A DNA stretch of 27,016 nt from a virus (lineage: Duplodnaviria; Caudoviricetes), in IMG/VR virus record IMGVR_UViG_3300020362_000263, positions 1 through 27,016 of that record; one strand, given 5' to 3'. The notes beneath the pieces are model-generated. The model did not search any database. It was not told the origin of the DNA and saw only the letters and a list, made by a program, of their open reading frames with translations. Position numbers and translations under genes: made by a program. Of the stretch, positions 14,255 to 22,750 are shown piece after piece. Positions within the stretch are counted from its first letter, which is position 1; every line of letters starts with the position of its first letter.

Positions 14255-15930
14255 TGCAAGAAACAGTATCAGCCAAATACGCCCGGCTGTCTGCAAACAG
14301 AACTAACTTCCTAGATGCTGCTAGGGAATGTGCGAAACTTAGTGTTCCATATCTCATGCCGCCTAGCGGTCATGCGAGCGGAAACAAGTTGCACGTCCCT
14401 TGGCAATCACAAGGTTCTCGCGGCGTAAATACGATGGCAGCGAAGCTCATGTTGAGCCTTTTCCCTGTCAACGCTAAATTTTTTAAACTACAGATCCAAG
14501 ATGGGGTTCTCTCTCAGGACCCCGATATTGATGCACAAGCTCGCTCAGAGATTGATCTGGTCTTGTCCAAAATGGAGCGGGTTGTAATGCAAGACGTGGC
14601 TGATAAGGCCGACCGCGTCATGCTGCATCAGGCAATGAAACACCTCGTAGTGTCCGGCAATGTGCTGGTCTATATGGGTAAGAAAGGCCTCAAGATCTAT
14701 CCCCTCGACCGCTATGTGGTCAACCGGGATGGAGACGGACAGGTAACTGAAATCATCACCGTAGAGGCTATTGACGCCCAGTTCCTGCCGGAGAAATACC
14801 GCACCAAGCGTCCTGGTATGCAGCCAGGAAACCACGTTGGTGAGCAGGGTGGAGGTGACATTCCTGCTGATCTCAAACTTGATTCCAATGGCAACGATGT
14901 TGCTGTCTATACCTGTGTCAAGCTGGTAGAAGGCACCTGGCGTTGGTATCAGGAAGTTGACGGTGAGATCATCGAAGGTTCTGAATCATCAGCACCTAAA
15001 AACGCATCGCCATATTTGGCCCTCAGGTTCAATGTGGTAGATGGCGAAGATTACGGTCGCTCTAGAATTGATGAATTTCGTGGTGATCTTCAATCACTAG
15101 ATGCACTGATGCAGAGCCTTGTAGAGGGTGCTGCTGCAAGTAGCAAAGTTGTATTTACTTTGTCTCCCTCAGCAACAACTAAACCCAATCAACTTGCTCA
15201 GGCTGGTAACGGTGCCATCATTCAGGGACGACCTGAAGATGTGGGCGTGATTCAGGCAAATAAATCGGCGGACTTCAAAACTGCATTTGATATGGTGCAG
15301 CAACTGACTCAGCGGTTGTCTGAGGCATTCCTGATCTTTACTGCCCGTAATAGTGAGCGCACTACAGCGGAAGAAATCAGAGCCACGCAACAGGAACTAA
15401 ACGAACAGTTGGGCGGAATCCTGTCCAGCCTTCAGACAGATCTTTTGGCTCCGTATATCGCTCGAAAGCTGTTGGTGTTGCAACGTCAACGGATGCTTCC
15501 TCAACTACCTAAGTTCAACGGAAAACCTGCTGTCTTCCCGACAGTTGTTGCTGGTCTGGAGGGCGTTGGTCGCGGCCAAGACCGTGAGGCATTGATGCTC
15601 TTTATGCAGACCATTGCTGGGTCTCTTGGACCTGAGGCGATGGCGAACTACATCAACCCCGACGAGGCAATCAAGCGTCTGGCAGCAGCCGCTGGTATCG
15701 ACTATCTGGGTCTGGTGAAGACGCCTGAAGAACGTCAACAGGAAGCTGAGGCAGCCGCACAACAGCAGCAACAGCAAGCCTTGATGCAGCAGGCAGGTTC
15801 TTTGGCTAAGACGCCTCTAATGGACCCTGACAAAAACCCACGTATCAAACAAGCACTAGAAGATGGAGGAGCAGAAGAAGCCCCGGAAGGCCCCCCAGAA
15901 GAGGGCCCAATCGGCCCCGAAGGAGCCTGA
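14254..15930 (+). CDS. Head-tail connector / portal protein (gp8-like)
   Basis: PWQSQGSRGVN.MAAKLMLSLFP, GEDYGRS, RNSERTTAEEIR, ELNEQLGG and GLEGVGRGQD. Confidence 0.96.
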   Translation: MQETVSAKYARLSANRTNFLDAARECAKLSVPYLMPPSGHASGNKLHVPWQSQGSRGVNTMAAKLMLSLFPVNAKFFKLQIQDGVLSQDPDIDAQARSEIDLVLSKMERVVMQDVADKADRVMLHQAMKHLVVSGNVLVYMGKKGLKIYPLDRYVVNRDGDGQVTEIITVEAIDAQFLPEKYRTKRPGMQPGNHVGEQGGGDIPADLKLDSNGNDVAVYTCVKLVEGTWRWYQEVDGEIIEGSESSAPKNASPYLALRFNVVDGEDYGRSRIDEFRGDLQSLDALMQSLVEGAAASSKVVFTLSPSATTKPNQLAQAGNGAIIQGRPEDVGVIQANKSADFKTAFDMVQQLTQRLSEAFLIFTARNSERTTAEEIRATQQELNEQLGGILSSLQTDLLAPYIARKLLVLQRQRMLPQLPKFNGKPAVFPTVVAGLEGVGRGQDREALMLFMQTIAGSLGPEAMANYINPDEAIKRLAAAAGIDYLGLVKTPEERQQEAEAAAQQQQQQALMQQAGSLAKTPLMDPDKNPRIKQALEDGGAEEAPEGPPEEGPIGPEGA

Positions 15931-16051
15931 TAACAAATACAAACCGCAAGTCAAGATTCGACCCACCATTGCGGCGTCCCGTGTGGGACAACCCAACTCC
16001 CAACGTGTAACGGGAGCACGAGTTAATTCTGTCCGAGTAAAACACAACTAA
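15863..16051 (+). CDS. Small basic hypothetical protein (62 aa)
   Basis: It fills the portal-scaffold gap and is coupled to the scaffold start by TAATG. Confidence 0.65.
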   Translation: MEEQKKPRKAPQKRAQSAPKEPDNKYKPQVKIRPTIAASRVGQPNSQRVTGARVNSVRVKHN

Positions 16052-16914
16052 TGGCTACCACCAACACCTTTAATCCCATTGATGAATCGGCTGAGGCTGC
16101 CCGTAAGGAAGCTGAGGCGAAAGCTCTAGCTGAGGGTGAGCGTCTTGTCGCAGCCCAAGAGGCCGCACAGGAACAGACCTATGAAGATGCTCGAAAAGCT
16201 GATCAGGAAAGCTCGCGCTATGCGGGCAAATACAAATCGGCGGAGGAGCTTGAGAAGGCGTACCTTGAGCTTCAGAAAAAGCTTGGGGAGCGATCCACAG
16301 AGGAAACGTCTACCGAGACGGAAACCGAGGAACCTTCTGCTGAGGCAACTGAGGAAGAGGCTGAGGAAGAATCTCCCGAAGAACACTCTGAGGTCTACCA
16401 GGCGCTGGAATCAGCTAGTCAGGAGTATGAGGAGGGCGGTGAGCTTTCCCCGGACACTCTTGAGAAGCTGGCTCAGCTAGACAGCAAAGAGCTGGTTGAG
16501 CAATGGGTCGAGTATGTCAACAGCTCCAAGGGAGACCCCGAGCCAGGTGCAATGCCTCAGGAAGACGTTGACCGGATCATGGGGTCTGTTGGTGGTACTG
16601 AGTCATATCAACAGATGATCGCTTGGGCTGGTGAAGCACTAGCTCCCGATGAGATTGCTGCCTATGACGCAGTGGTCACAAGTGGAGACCCCAATTCTGT
16701 ATATTGGGCAGTCCAAGGGCTTCGATCGAAATACGTCGAGTCCAACGGTTTTGAAGGAACTCAGATTTCTGGGAACAGGGCAGCTCGTCCTGAGCCTGGA
16801 TTCCGTAGCCAGGCAGAACTTGCCAGGGCTATCTCTGATCCTCGTTACCGCGATGATCCCGCTTATCGAATGGATGTTGAGCAGAAGCTCGCCCGTTCGG
16901 GGGATCTCATGTAA
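16051..16914 (+). CDS. Capsid assembly scaffolding protein (gp9-like)
   Basis: Acidic protein with AGKYKSAEELEKAYLELQKKLG, VGG..SY..M..WA and FRSQAEL..A.SDPRY..DPAYR..V..KL..S. Confidence 0.93.
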   Translation: MATTNTFNPIDESAEAARKEAEAKALAEGERLVAAQEAAQEQTYEDARKADQESSRYAGKYKSAEELEKAYLELQKKLGERSTEETSTETETEEPSAEATEEEAEEESPEEHSEVYQALESASQEYEEGGELSPDTLEKLAQLDSKELVEQWVEYVNSSKGDPEPGAMPQEDVDRIMGSVGGTESYQQMIAWAGEALAPDEIAAYDAVVTSGDPNSVYWAVQGLRSKYVESNGFEGTQISGNRAARPEPGFRSQAELARAISDPRYRDDPAYRMDVEQKLARSGDLM

Positions 16915-16949
16915 GTAAACCCTTACTTCATGAACGTTACTCGCCACCG

Positions 16950-17219
16950 AGAGATGGCCAGAGGGGTGTCAGCGCGTGAGCGGCCCCATCTCTTAACGCA
17001 AACCCCGAAAGGGATGGTTTAAGGAAGACGGCTACTGGTGTCTCGGGAGGGTTCGATTCCCTCTTAGCCGTATGAAGGAAGCTTTGGACCTTGTAAAAAA
17101 CCAGCCCGAGATCTTGGGCCGCAAACGCGATACCCCATATCGGAATAAATTTATTTCCAACTGAATACTTAGACAATAGAGATCTCTTAAATAGGCAACA
17201 AATAAACGGTCTATTTTAA
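16950..17219 (+). ncRNA. Putative structured RNA in the capsid 5' leader, including a tRNA-like acceptor/T-arm module at 17028-17072
   Basis: Consecutive pairings read by eye: AGAGATGG/CCATCTCT enclosing CGC-GTGA-GCG; AAAC-CCC-GAAA-GGG..GTTT; ACGGCTA/TAGCCGT with GAGGG-TTCGATT-CCCTC; CCGA..GGG..CGC-AAAC-GCG..CCC..TCGG. No convincing sense ORF lies in the interval. Confidence 0.6.
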
Positions 17220-17233
17220 CTTATTAACTAACA

Positions 17234-18250
17234 ATGGCAAACATGCTCCTTACGCGCCCCGGCGCGTCTAATGGGGGTAGCGACTCACGCGCTCTCCTGT
17301 TGAAGCTCTTTACTGGTGAGGTTTATGAATCTTTCCGTAACGCTCTCATCGCCAAGCCCCTTGTTCAGAGCCGCACTCTGACCTCGGGCAAAGAGGCACA
17401 GTTCATCCACACCGGCACTATGTCGGCGTCTTTCCATACTCCTGGAACTCCGCTGCTGGGTAACGGTTCTGGCACGAATGGTGCTCCTAAGCAAGCAGAA
17501 ACCACCATCACTGTTGACCAGCTGCTTGTTAGTCAAGCCTTCGTCTATGAATTAGATGAAGTTCTGGCTCATTATGACATTAGAGGCCCAATCGCGCGTC
17601 AAATCGGTCAAAGTTTGGCAGAACATTATGACCGCCGTATCTTCCGTGTGCTGGATCAAGCCGCTGAAGCTTCTGCTGCTGTGACCGGCGAGCCTGGTGG
17701 CTTTGAAGTCAACCTGGGTGCAAACAAAGAGTATGACGCTCAAGCACTCGTGGACGGCTTCTTTGAAGCGGCAGCTGTACTTGATGAGCGTTCAGCTCCG
17801 AAGGACGGACGTGTGGCAGTTTTGTCGCCCCGGCAATATTATTCCTTGATTTCTAGCGTCGACACCAACATCCTAAATCGCGACCTTGGTAACACCCAAG
17901 GCAACCTGACTTCGGGTGAAGGTCTGTACGAAATCGCTGGTATCAAGATCTACAAGTCCAACAACATCCCCTTCCTGGGTAAGTATGGCGTTGGTACTGG
18001 TACTACCATCGAGAACACCGATACCACCAACGAGAAGAACGATTACGGTGATGCCACCGACTTCGCGAACTCCTGTGGTCTCATCTTCCACCGCGATGCT
18101 GCGGCTTGCGTGGAGGCGATTGGTCCCTCTGTTCAAACCAGTGGTTCAGATGTATCAATCATGTACCAAGGTGACTTGATTGTCGGGCGCTTGGCCATGG
18201 GCGCAGGCGCAGTCCGGGTTTCCGTGGCTGGTGCATTCCGCAACGTTTGA
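17234..18250 (+). CDS. Major capsid protein (gp10-like)
   Basis: ALLLKLFTGEV, RTLTSGKEAQF, TITVDQLL, LAHYDIR, LAEHYDRRI, IAGIKIYKSNN and YQGDLIVGRLAMG. Confidence 0.97.
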   Translation: MANMLLTRPGASNGGSDSRALLLKLFTGEVYESFRNALIAKPLVQSRTLTSGKEAQFIHTGTMSASFHTPGTPLLGNGSGTNGAPKQAETTITVDQLLVSQAFVYELDEVLAHYDIRGPIARQIGQSLAEHYDRRIFRVLDQAAEASAAVTGEPGGFEVNLGANKEYDAQALVDGFFEAAAVLDERSAPKDGRVAVLSPRQYYSLISSVDTNILNRDLGNTQGNLTSGEGLYEIAGIKIYKSNNIPFLGKYGVGTGTTIENTDTTNEKNDYGDATDFANSCGLIFHRDAAACVEAIGPSVQTSGSDVSIMYQGDLIVGRLAMGAGAVRVSVAGAFRNV

Positions 18251-18256
18251 TTATTT

Positions 18257-18278
18257 GGGGGCTACGGCCCCCTTTTTT
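18257..18278 (+). terminator. Rho-independent terminator after the capsid gene (T-phi analogue)
   Basis: GGGGGC-TACG-GCCCCC (cUNCGg tetraloop) followed by TTTTTT. Confidence 0.92.
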
Positions 18279-18320
18279 AGTCCCCAGACCGGGACGACCA
18301 CACTCAGCTAAATATTATTT

Positions 18321-18926
18321 ATGTCCGCACGTACTACTGTCCTAGATGCCGTAAACCAGATGCTGTCCTGCATCGGCGGAGCGGCTGTCACCACCCTCTC
18401 TACCGACAATCCTGAGGTCTTTACAGCAAAAGCTATCTTGGAGGAGACGACGCGGAATGTCCTGGCTGAGGGGTGGAACTTTAATACCGAACTTGAATAC
18501 CCTTTCTCACGGGGAACCGATAAAAAGATCAACGTTCCTGACGCTTTGATCAGCTTTACACTGTCGTTCTACAAACACGGCTCAGACAAGATGCTTGTCG
18601 TTGAGCGAGATGGAAAGTTCTATGACAAAGAGAAGCATAGTTACGAATTTGAGGAGACCTTATATTGCGATGTCGTCTGGAACTTTGATTTCGACGAGTG
18701 TCCGCAACCTTATCGTGAGTACATCACAGCCCGTGCATCTCGTATCTACGCCTCGCGGCTAGTTACCTCCGAAGAGCTTGTCCAGCTCATCGCTCAGGAT
18801 GAGGCCTCTACCCGAGCCATTTGTATTGAGTACGACACCAAAACAGGGAAGCCCAACGTCTTCGATCAGCCAGACGGGCTTAACAACTACATCGGCTATC
18901 AACCGTTCCGTACTCTTATGCGCTGA
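18321..18926 (+). CDS. Tail tubular protein A (gp11-like)
   Basis: TVLDAVNQMLSCIG, V.AEGWNFNTE and FDECPQPYREYITARASR, in the position after the capsid gene. Confidence 0.93.
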   Translation: MSARTTVLDAVNQMLSCIGGAAVTTLSTDNPEVFTAKAILEETTRNVLAEGWNFNTELEYPFSRGTDKKINVPDALISFTLSFYKHGSDKMLVVERDGKFYDKEKHSYEFEETLYCDVVWNFDFDECPQPYREYITARASRIYASRLVTSEELVQLIAQDEASTRAICIEYDTKTGKPNVFDQPDGLNNYIGYQPFRTLMR

Positions 18927-21319
18927 TGGCTTCTGTATCACAAAGAATCCCCAACTTTTTGGGTGGCTTCTCCCAGCAACCGGACTCCCTAAAGCTCCCA
19001 GGACAGCTCACACAGGCCGATAATGTCCTGCCTGACCCTACCTATGGTCTGCTCCGTAGACCCGGCTTGAAGCTTGTCAAAGCCCTCTCTAACGCCACGT
19101 CTGATGGACGGTGGTTCACTATATTTAGGGACTCGACGGAGCAATACGTTGGGCAGTTCAGTCCTACCGGCCAACTGCGGGTCTGGAATGCTCTAAACGG
19201 TGTTGAGGCTACGGTCAACGCCCAGACCGCTGCAGCGACCGCTTACGTCAATGGCGTGGCGGAAAAAGACTTCGAGATGCTGCAGATCAATGACTACAAC
19301 TTTGTTCTCAACCGATCCAAGACAGTAGGCAAACTCGCCACCGTCAGCCCCTCTCGTGATCCAGAGGCGTTGATCATTCTTCGTGTCGCTGGGTATGACA
19401 CTAAATATGAGGTGACGATTGACGGCACTGCTTACAGCTACACCACCCCGGCCACAGGAACGATCAGCGTTGAACTGATCATCAATAACCTGGCTAACCA
19501 AATCCCTAGTGGGTTTACTACCACAAAAACATCTAACGTCATTCACATCACCCGATCCACTGACTTCACGATCGAAGCTCGTGGTGGTTTGTCATCTAAC
19601 TCCCTAGAGGCGTTCAAAGGTAGTGTCAGGGACGTTGCTGATCTACCTGGCTCCTGTGTACAGGACATGGTTCTGAAGATCCAGAACTTCGACAATACTG
19701 ATGGCGACGAGTATTACGTCAAATTCAACGTCAATGGTTCTGCAACTTCTGGTGTGGGTGCCTGGGAAGAGACAGTTGCTTCCAATATCCAGACGTATAT
19801 CGACCCCGACACAATGCCTCACGCAATCATTCGTGAGACAAACGGCACCTTTACCTTTCGCTCTCTCAATGAAGCGGACAAGGCAGGTGATGACCTGTAC
19901 TGGGTAGAGCGACGAGTAGGGGATGACAACACCAACCCATTCCCTACGTTTGTCGGTCAAAAGATCACGGGTATGAGTTTCTTCCGCAACCGTCTGGTGT
20001 TGCTAGCAGGGACCAACGTGATCTGCTCTCAACCTGGCAGTTTCTTCAATATGTTCCGGGTCTCTGCTCTGACCACCTCAGACGCAGACGTTGTTGATCT
20101 GGCTTCTGGTTCTCTCAGGCCTGTGTCGATGCGGTATGCCCTTGGGGACCAGCTTGGTCTGCTGATCTTTTCTGAGAACGCTCAGTTCATGCTTAGCTCG
20201 GATGGCGAGGCGTTCGGGCCATCTACAGCCCAGATCAAGGCCTTTAGTACCTTGACTAACAACCCCAATATCTCACCTGTTGATACTGGTACGTCAATCA
20301 TTTATGTAGACGAAAACCAGAACTACTCAGCAGTGACTGAGATGGTTGTTACCTCTGTAGACAACAGACCCACACGAGCTGACCTGTCCCGAACTTCTCC
20401 CAACTACGTTCCGGGCAACCTCAGAGCTATGACCTCTAACAGCTCTGCCTCGATGGTCACGTTCCTTGGTGAGGATGACCCTGATGAGCTGTACATCTTT
20501 AAATACTTCAATAGCGGTAACGACCGTGTTATGGCTGCCTGGCTGAAATGGGATCTGCCTGGCGACTGTCTGCATCACGCCGCTAATCATGACAAGTATT
20601 TCTTCGTCACTACACAGGCAGGTGGTGTGATTTTATCCACTTGCACGGTGCTGTCTGATGTGGAAGGCACTGCTGTAAACAGCAACAACATTGCTTACGA
20701 ATATCGGCTTGACCTTTTCACTAGCAATTTGACTGTAGCCTATGACTCAGCTAATGACGTGACAAGAGTAAGGTTTGGTGCCAATACCTATGATTCAAAC
20801 CTTGTTCCTGTTGTTGTTGTAGACGACACCACAACCTCCAAAGGCACTCTATACCGCAACCCCACCCACGGAAACAATGGTGTGGACGACTATGTAGAGA
20901 TTCCTGGAAATCGAACTACGGCTAACAGGATCACTCTTGGCTATGAGTATCAAACCACTGTGGGTCTTCCTAAGTTTTACCGCAAGAGTGCTCAAGCTAC
21001 AGGCACCGTCCAAGCTGATGTAGTCAACATTCCTAGGGTTACTAGGCTTGTTATTCAAAGTTCTGACTCTGGTCCCTTTGATGCCAGTGTCTCCGTCACG
21101 GGACGCTCTACTAAATCGTATAGCTTCTCACAAACTCTCGCTAACTCATATAAGGCAAACTCCGCACCATTGCCTGAAATCATTGATAACACCATCCCTG
21201 TCTACGGAAAAGGTACTGATGCCGATGTCACCATCACATCAAAATCTCCCTTCCCCGTATCTTTCGTCGCTGCTACTTGGTATGGAACCTACTCCACCAA
21301 AGGAATACGTCAAATCTGA
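18926..21319 (+). CDS. Tail tubular protein B (gp12-like)
   Basis: SQRIPNFLGGFSQQPD, GLLRRPG, TMPHAIIR, W.ERRVGDDNTNPFPTFVG, FFRNRL and AW.KW; about 800 aa. Confidence 0.95.
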   Translation: MASVSQRIPNFLGGFSQQPDSLKLPGQLTQADNVLPDPTYGLLRRPGLKLVKALSNATSDGRWFTIFRDSTEQYVGQFSPTGQLRVWNALNGVEATVNAQTAAATAYVNGVAEKDFEMLQINDYNFVLNRSKTVGKLATVSPSRDPEALIILRVAGYDTKYEVTIDGTAYSYTTPATGTISVELIINNLANQIPSGFTTTKTSNVIHITRSTDFTIEARGGLSSNSLEAFKGSVRDVADLPGSCVQDMVLKIQNFDNTDGDEYYVKFNVNGSATSGVGAWEETVASNIQTYIDPDTMPHAIIRETNGTFTFRSLNEADKAGDDLYWVERRVGDDNTNPFPTFVGQKITGMSFFRNRLVLLAGTNVICSQPGSFFNMFRVSALTTSDADVVDLASGSLRPVSMRYALGDQLGLLIFSENAQFMLSSDGEAFGPSTAQIKAFSTLTNNPNISPVDTGTSIIYVDENQNYSAVTEMVVTSVDNRPTRADLSRTSPNYVPGNLRAMTSNSSASMVTFLGEDDPDELYIFKYFNSGNDRVMAAWLKWDLPGDCLHHAANHDKYFFVTTQAGGVILSTCTVLSDVEGTAVNSNNIAYEYRLDLFTSNLTVAYDSANDVTRVRFGANTYDSNLVPVVVVDDTTTSKGTLYRNPTHGNNGVDDYVEIPGNRTTANRITLGYEYQTTVGLPKFYRKSAQATGTVQADVVNIPRVTRLVIQSSDSGPFDASVSVTGRSTKSYSFSQTLANSYKANSAPLPEIIDNTIPVYGKGTDADVTITSKSPFPVSFVAATWYGTYSTKGIRQI

Positions 21320-21767
21320 ATACATTCTTCCCGCCACAGTAGAGCTGGCCTGGCAAAGTTCCGGGCTGCTCCGCTGGGAAGACAAACGGGAATTGGAGGG
21401 TCTTGGACACCCTCCTTTCTACGCCCTTCCTATGAGCGTTGCATTGTCTGAAGACCCTATTTGTTTCTACAACCCTGACGGCGAGCTTTCCGGCTTTGCT
21501 GGTGTGGTCAAAGAAGACAACGGTATAGGACGTGTATGGATGCTCACCACACCTGCTGTGGAGACAATGCCTATTCTCTTTTTTAAAGAAGCTAAGAGAT
21601 GGATAGAAGGACAAAAATACACAATGCTCCATAACATTATGGATCCCAGAAACACAATGCACGGAAAACTTCTGCACATGCTGGGTTTTAAGCGTTTGTG
21701 TTATGTGCCCGTAGGTCCAAAACGTCTTACTTACGTCGAATTTGCCAGACTATGTGCGATCCCGTAA
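21282..21767 (+). CDS. Internal virion protein A (gp13-like, acetyltransferase-like fold); start re-called to ATG 21282
   Basis: LRWEDKREL, GRVWML and LHNIMDPRN..H.KLL..LGF, in the position after tail tube B. Confidence 0.8.
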   Translation: MEPTPPKEYVKSEYILPATVELAWQSSGLLRWEDKRELEGLGHPPFYALPMSVALSEDPICFYNPDGELSGFAGVVKEDNGIGRVWMLTTPAVETMPILFFKEAKRWIEGQKYTMLHNIMDPRNTMHGKLLHMLGFKRLCYVPVGPKRLTYVEFARLCAIP

Positions 21768-22747
21768 CTATAGGTGTTGCAACATTTGCAGTCGGTACAA
21801 TTTCTACAGTTGCTAATTTTCAGCAACAGAATGCAGCAGCCGCCGCCGCAGATGAGCAAGCCTATAATCAAGTCTTAGCCCAGAACCAAGCTGCTCAGCA
21901 GCAAGCTGCTTTTAACCAGCAGCAGGCGTTCTTCCAAATGGAACAACAGAACGCTCAAATTGAACTTGCCAATCAACGATCACTTAATGAATGGATTCTA
22001 AATACTCAGCAAACTAACACTGCCAATGCTCGCATTCAACGCGAGTTCATGATGGCACAACAACAGCGTAATTTTACGAATCTTCAAAACCAGCTTCAAT
22101 TCCAGGCACAGCTTAACGAAGCAATTTTGTCTGAAAACAGGGCTGACAACCAGAAGAAACTAAACCAGCTTAACCTCAACTCTGATTTAGAGGCCTCTCA
22201 AAACAAAAGGAACCAAGCCAAAGCCCTTCGGGCATTTGAAGCAGAACGTTTGATGGCTTCTGTGGTTCAATCACAAGGCACAATCCTTGCTTCAGGGCGT
22301 AGTGGTCAAAGTATTGGTTTGGGTGTTCTCAATGAAGGTGCCAAATATGGACGTGATATGCGGATGGCTGAGCGTAACTACTCGATGGCTCTTGGTGATT
22401 TCTATGCAGAAAATACGAACGCTTTCCTGAAGAAAGCACAGACAGATGCTGATGCAATGGCACGAGTCAAGTCTAGGCCTACAGCTCCTTTGACTCTTCC
22501 TCAGATTGCCGCTCCGGTATTTTCTAAATACGCACCTAAACCTGTCTTTGCCAAATTTATGAATAGCCCTGGTCCTATCCAAGGACCTACCTATGCACCG
22601 ATGTACACACCGGCAGCCCGTCCGGGTGCCTTAGGTCTTGTGGCTGGTATCGGTGGAGCCGCTCTGAGTGGTGTTACTGCTGGATACCAAATGGATGCAC
22701 TAATTAACAGAGTCCCTGCACCGACCCCGACACCTACCCCACCATAA
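21752..22747 (+). CDS. Internal virion / ejection protein (gp14-like); start re-called to ATG 21752
   Basis: MCDPVTIGVATFAVG N-terminus, a Q/A-rich helical body, ASGRSGQSIG and a C-terminal Gly/Ala hydrophobic segment. Confidence 0.8.
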   Translation: MCDPVTIGVATFAVGTISTVANFQQQNAAAAAADEQAYNQVLAQNQAAQQQAAFNQQQAFFQMEQQNAQIELANQRSLNEWILNTQQTNTANARIQREFMMAQQQRNFTNLQNQLQFQAQLNEAILSENRADNQKKLNQLNLNSDLEASQNKRNQAKALRAFEAERLMASVVQSQGTILASGRSGQSIGLGVLNEGAKYGRDMRMAERNYSMALGDFYAENTNAFLKKAQTDADAMARVKSRPTAPLTLPQIAAPVFSKYAPKPVFAKFMNSPGPIQGPTYAPMYTPAARPGALGLVAGIGGAALSGVTAGYQMDALINRVPAPTPTPTPP

Positions 22748-22750
22748 TAA

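Noticed and set aside
14011-16115. Exact 18-bp repeat TGCCCGTAAGGAAGCTGA (14011-14028 and 16098-16115; core TGCCCGTAA also at 15342) as a possible phage RNAP promoter
   Set aside because: Both full copies encode the same helical peptide ARKEAE in frame, all copies are intragenic, and none was seen in the intergenic regions where late promoters are expected. Codon preference is a sufficient explanation.
17028-17072. Calling the capsid-leader element a true tRNA or tmRNA
   Set aside because: It has no D-stem or anticodon arm, no tag reading frame and no tmRNA-type Ala acceptor ends. It is reported as a tRNA-like module instead.
18200-18280. T7 gp10B-style frameshift extension of the capsid protein
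   Set aside because: No obvious slippery site precedes the stop, a terminator follows within 7 nt, and there is no room for an extension before tail tube A.
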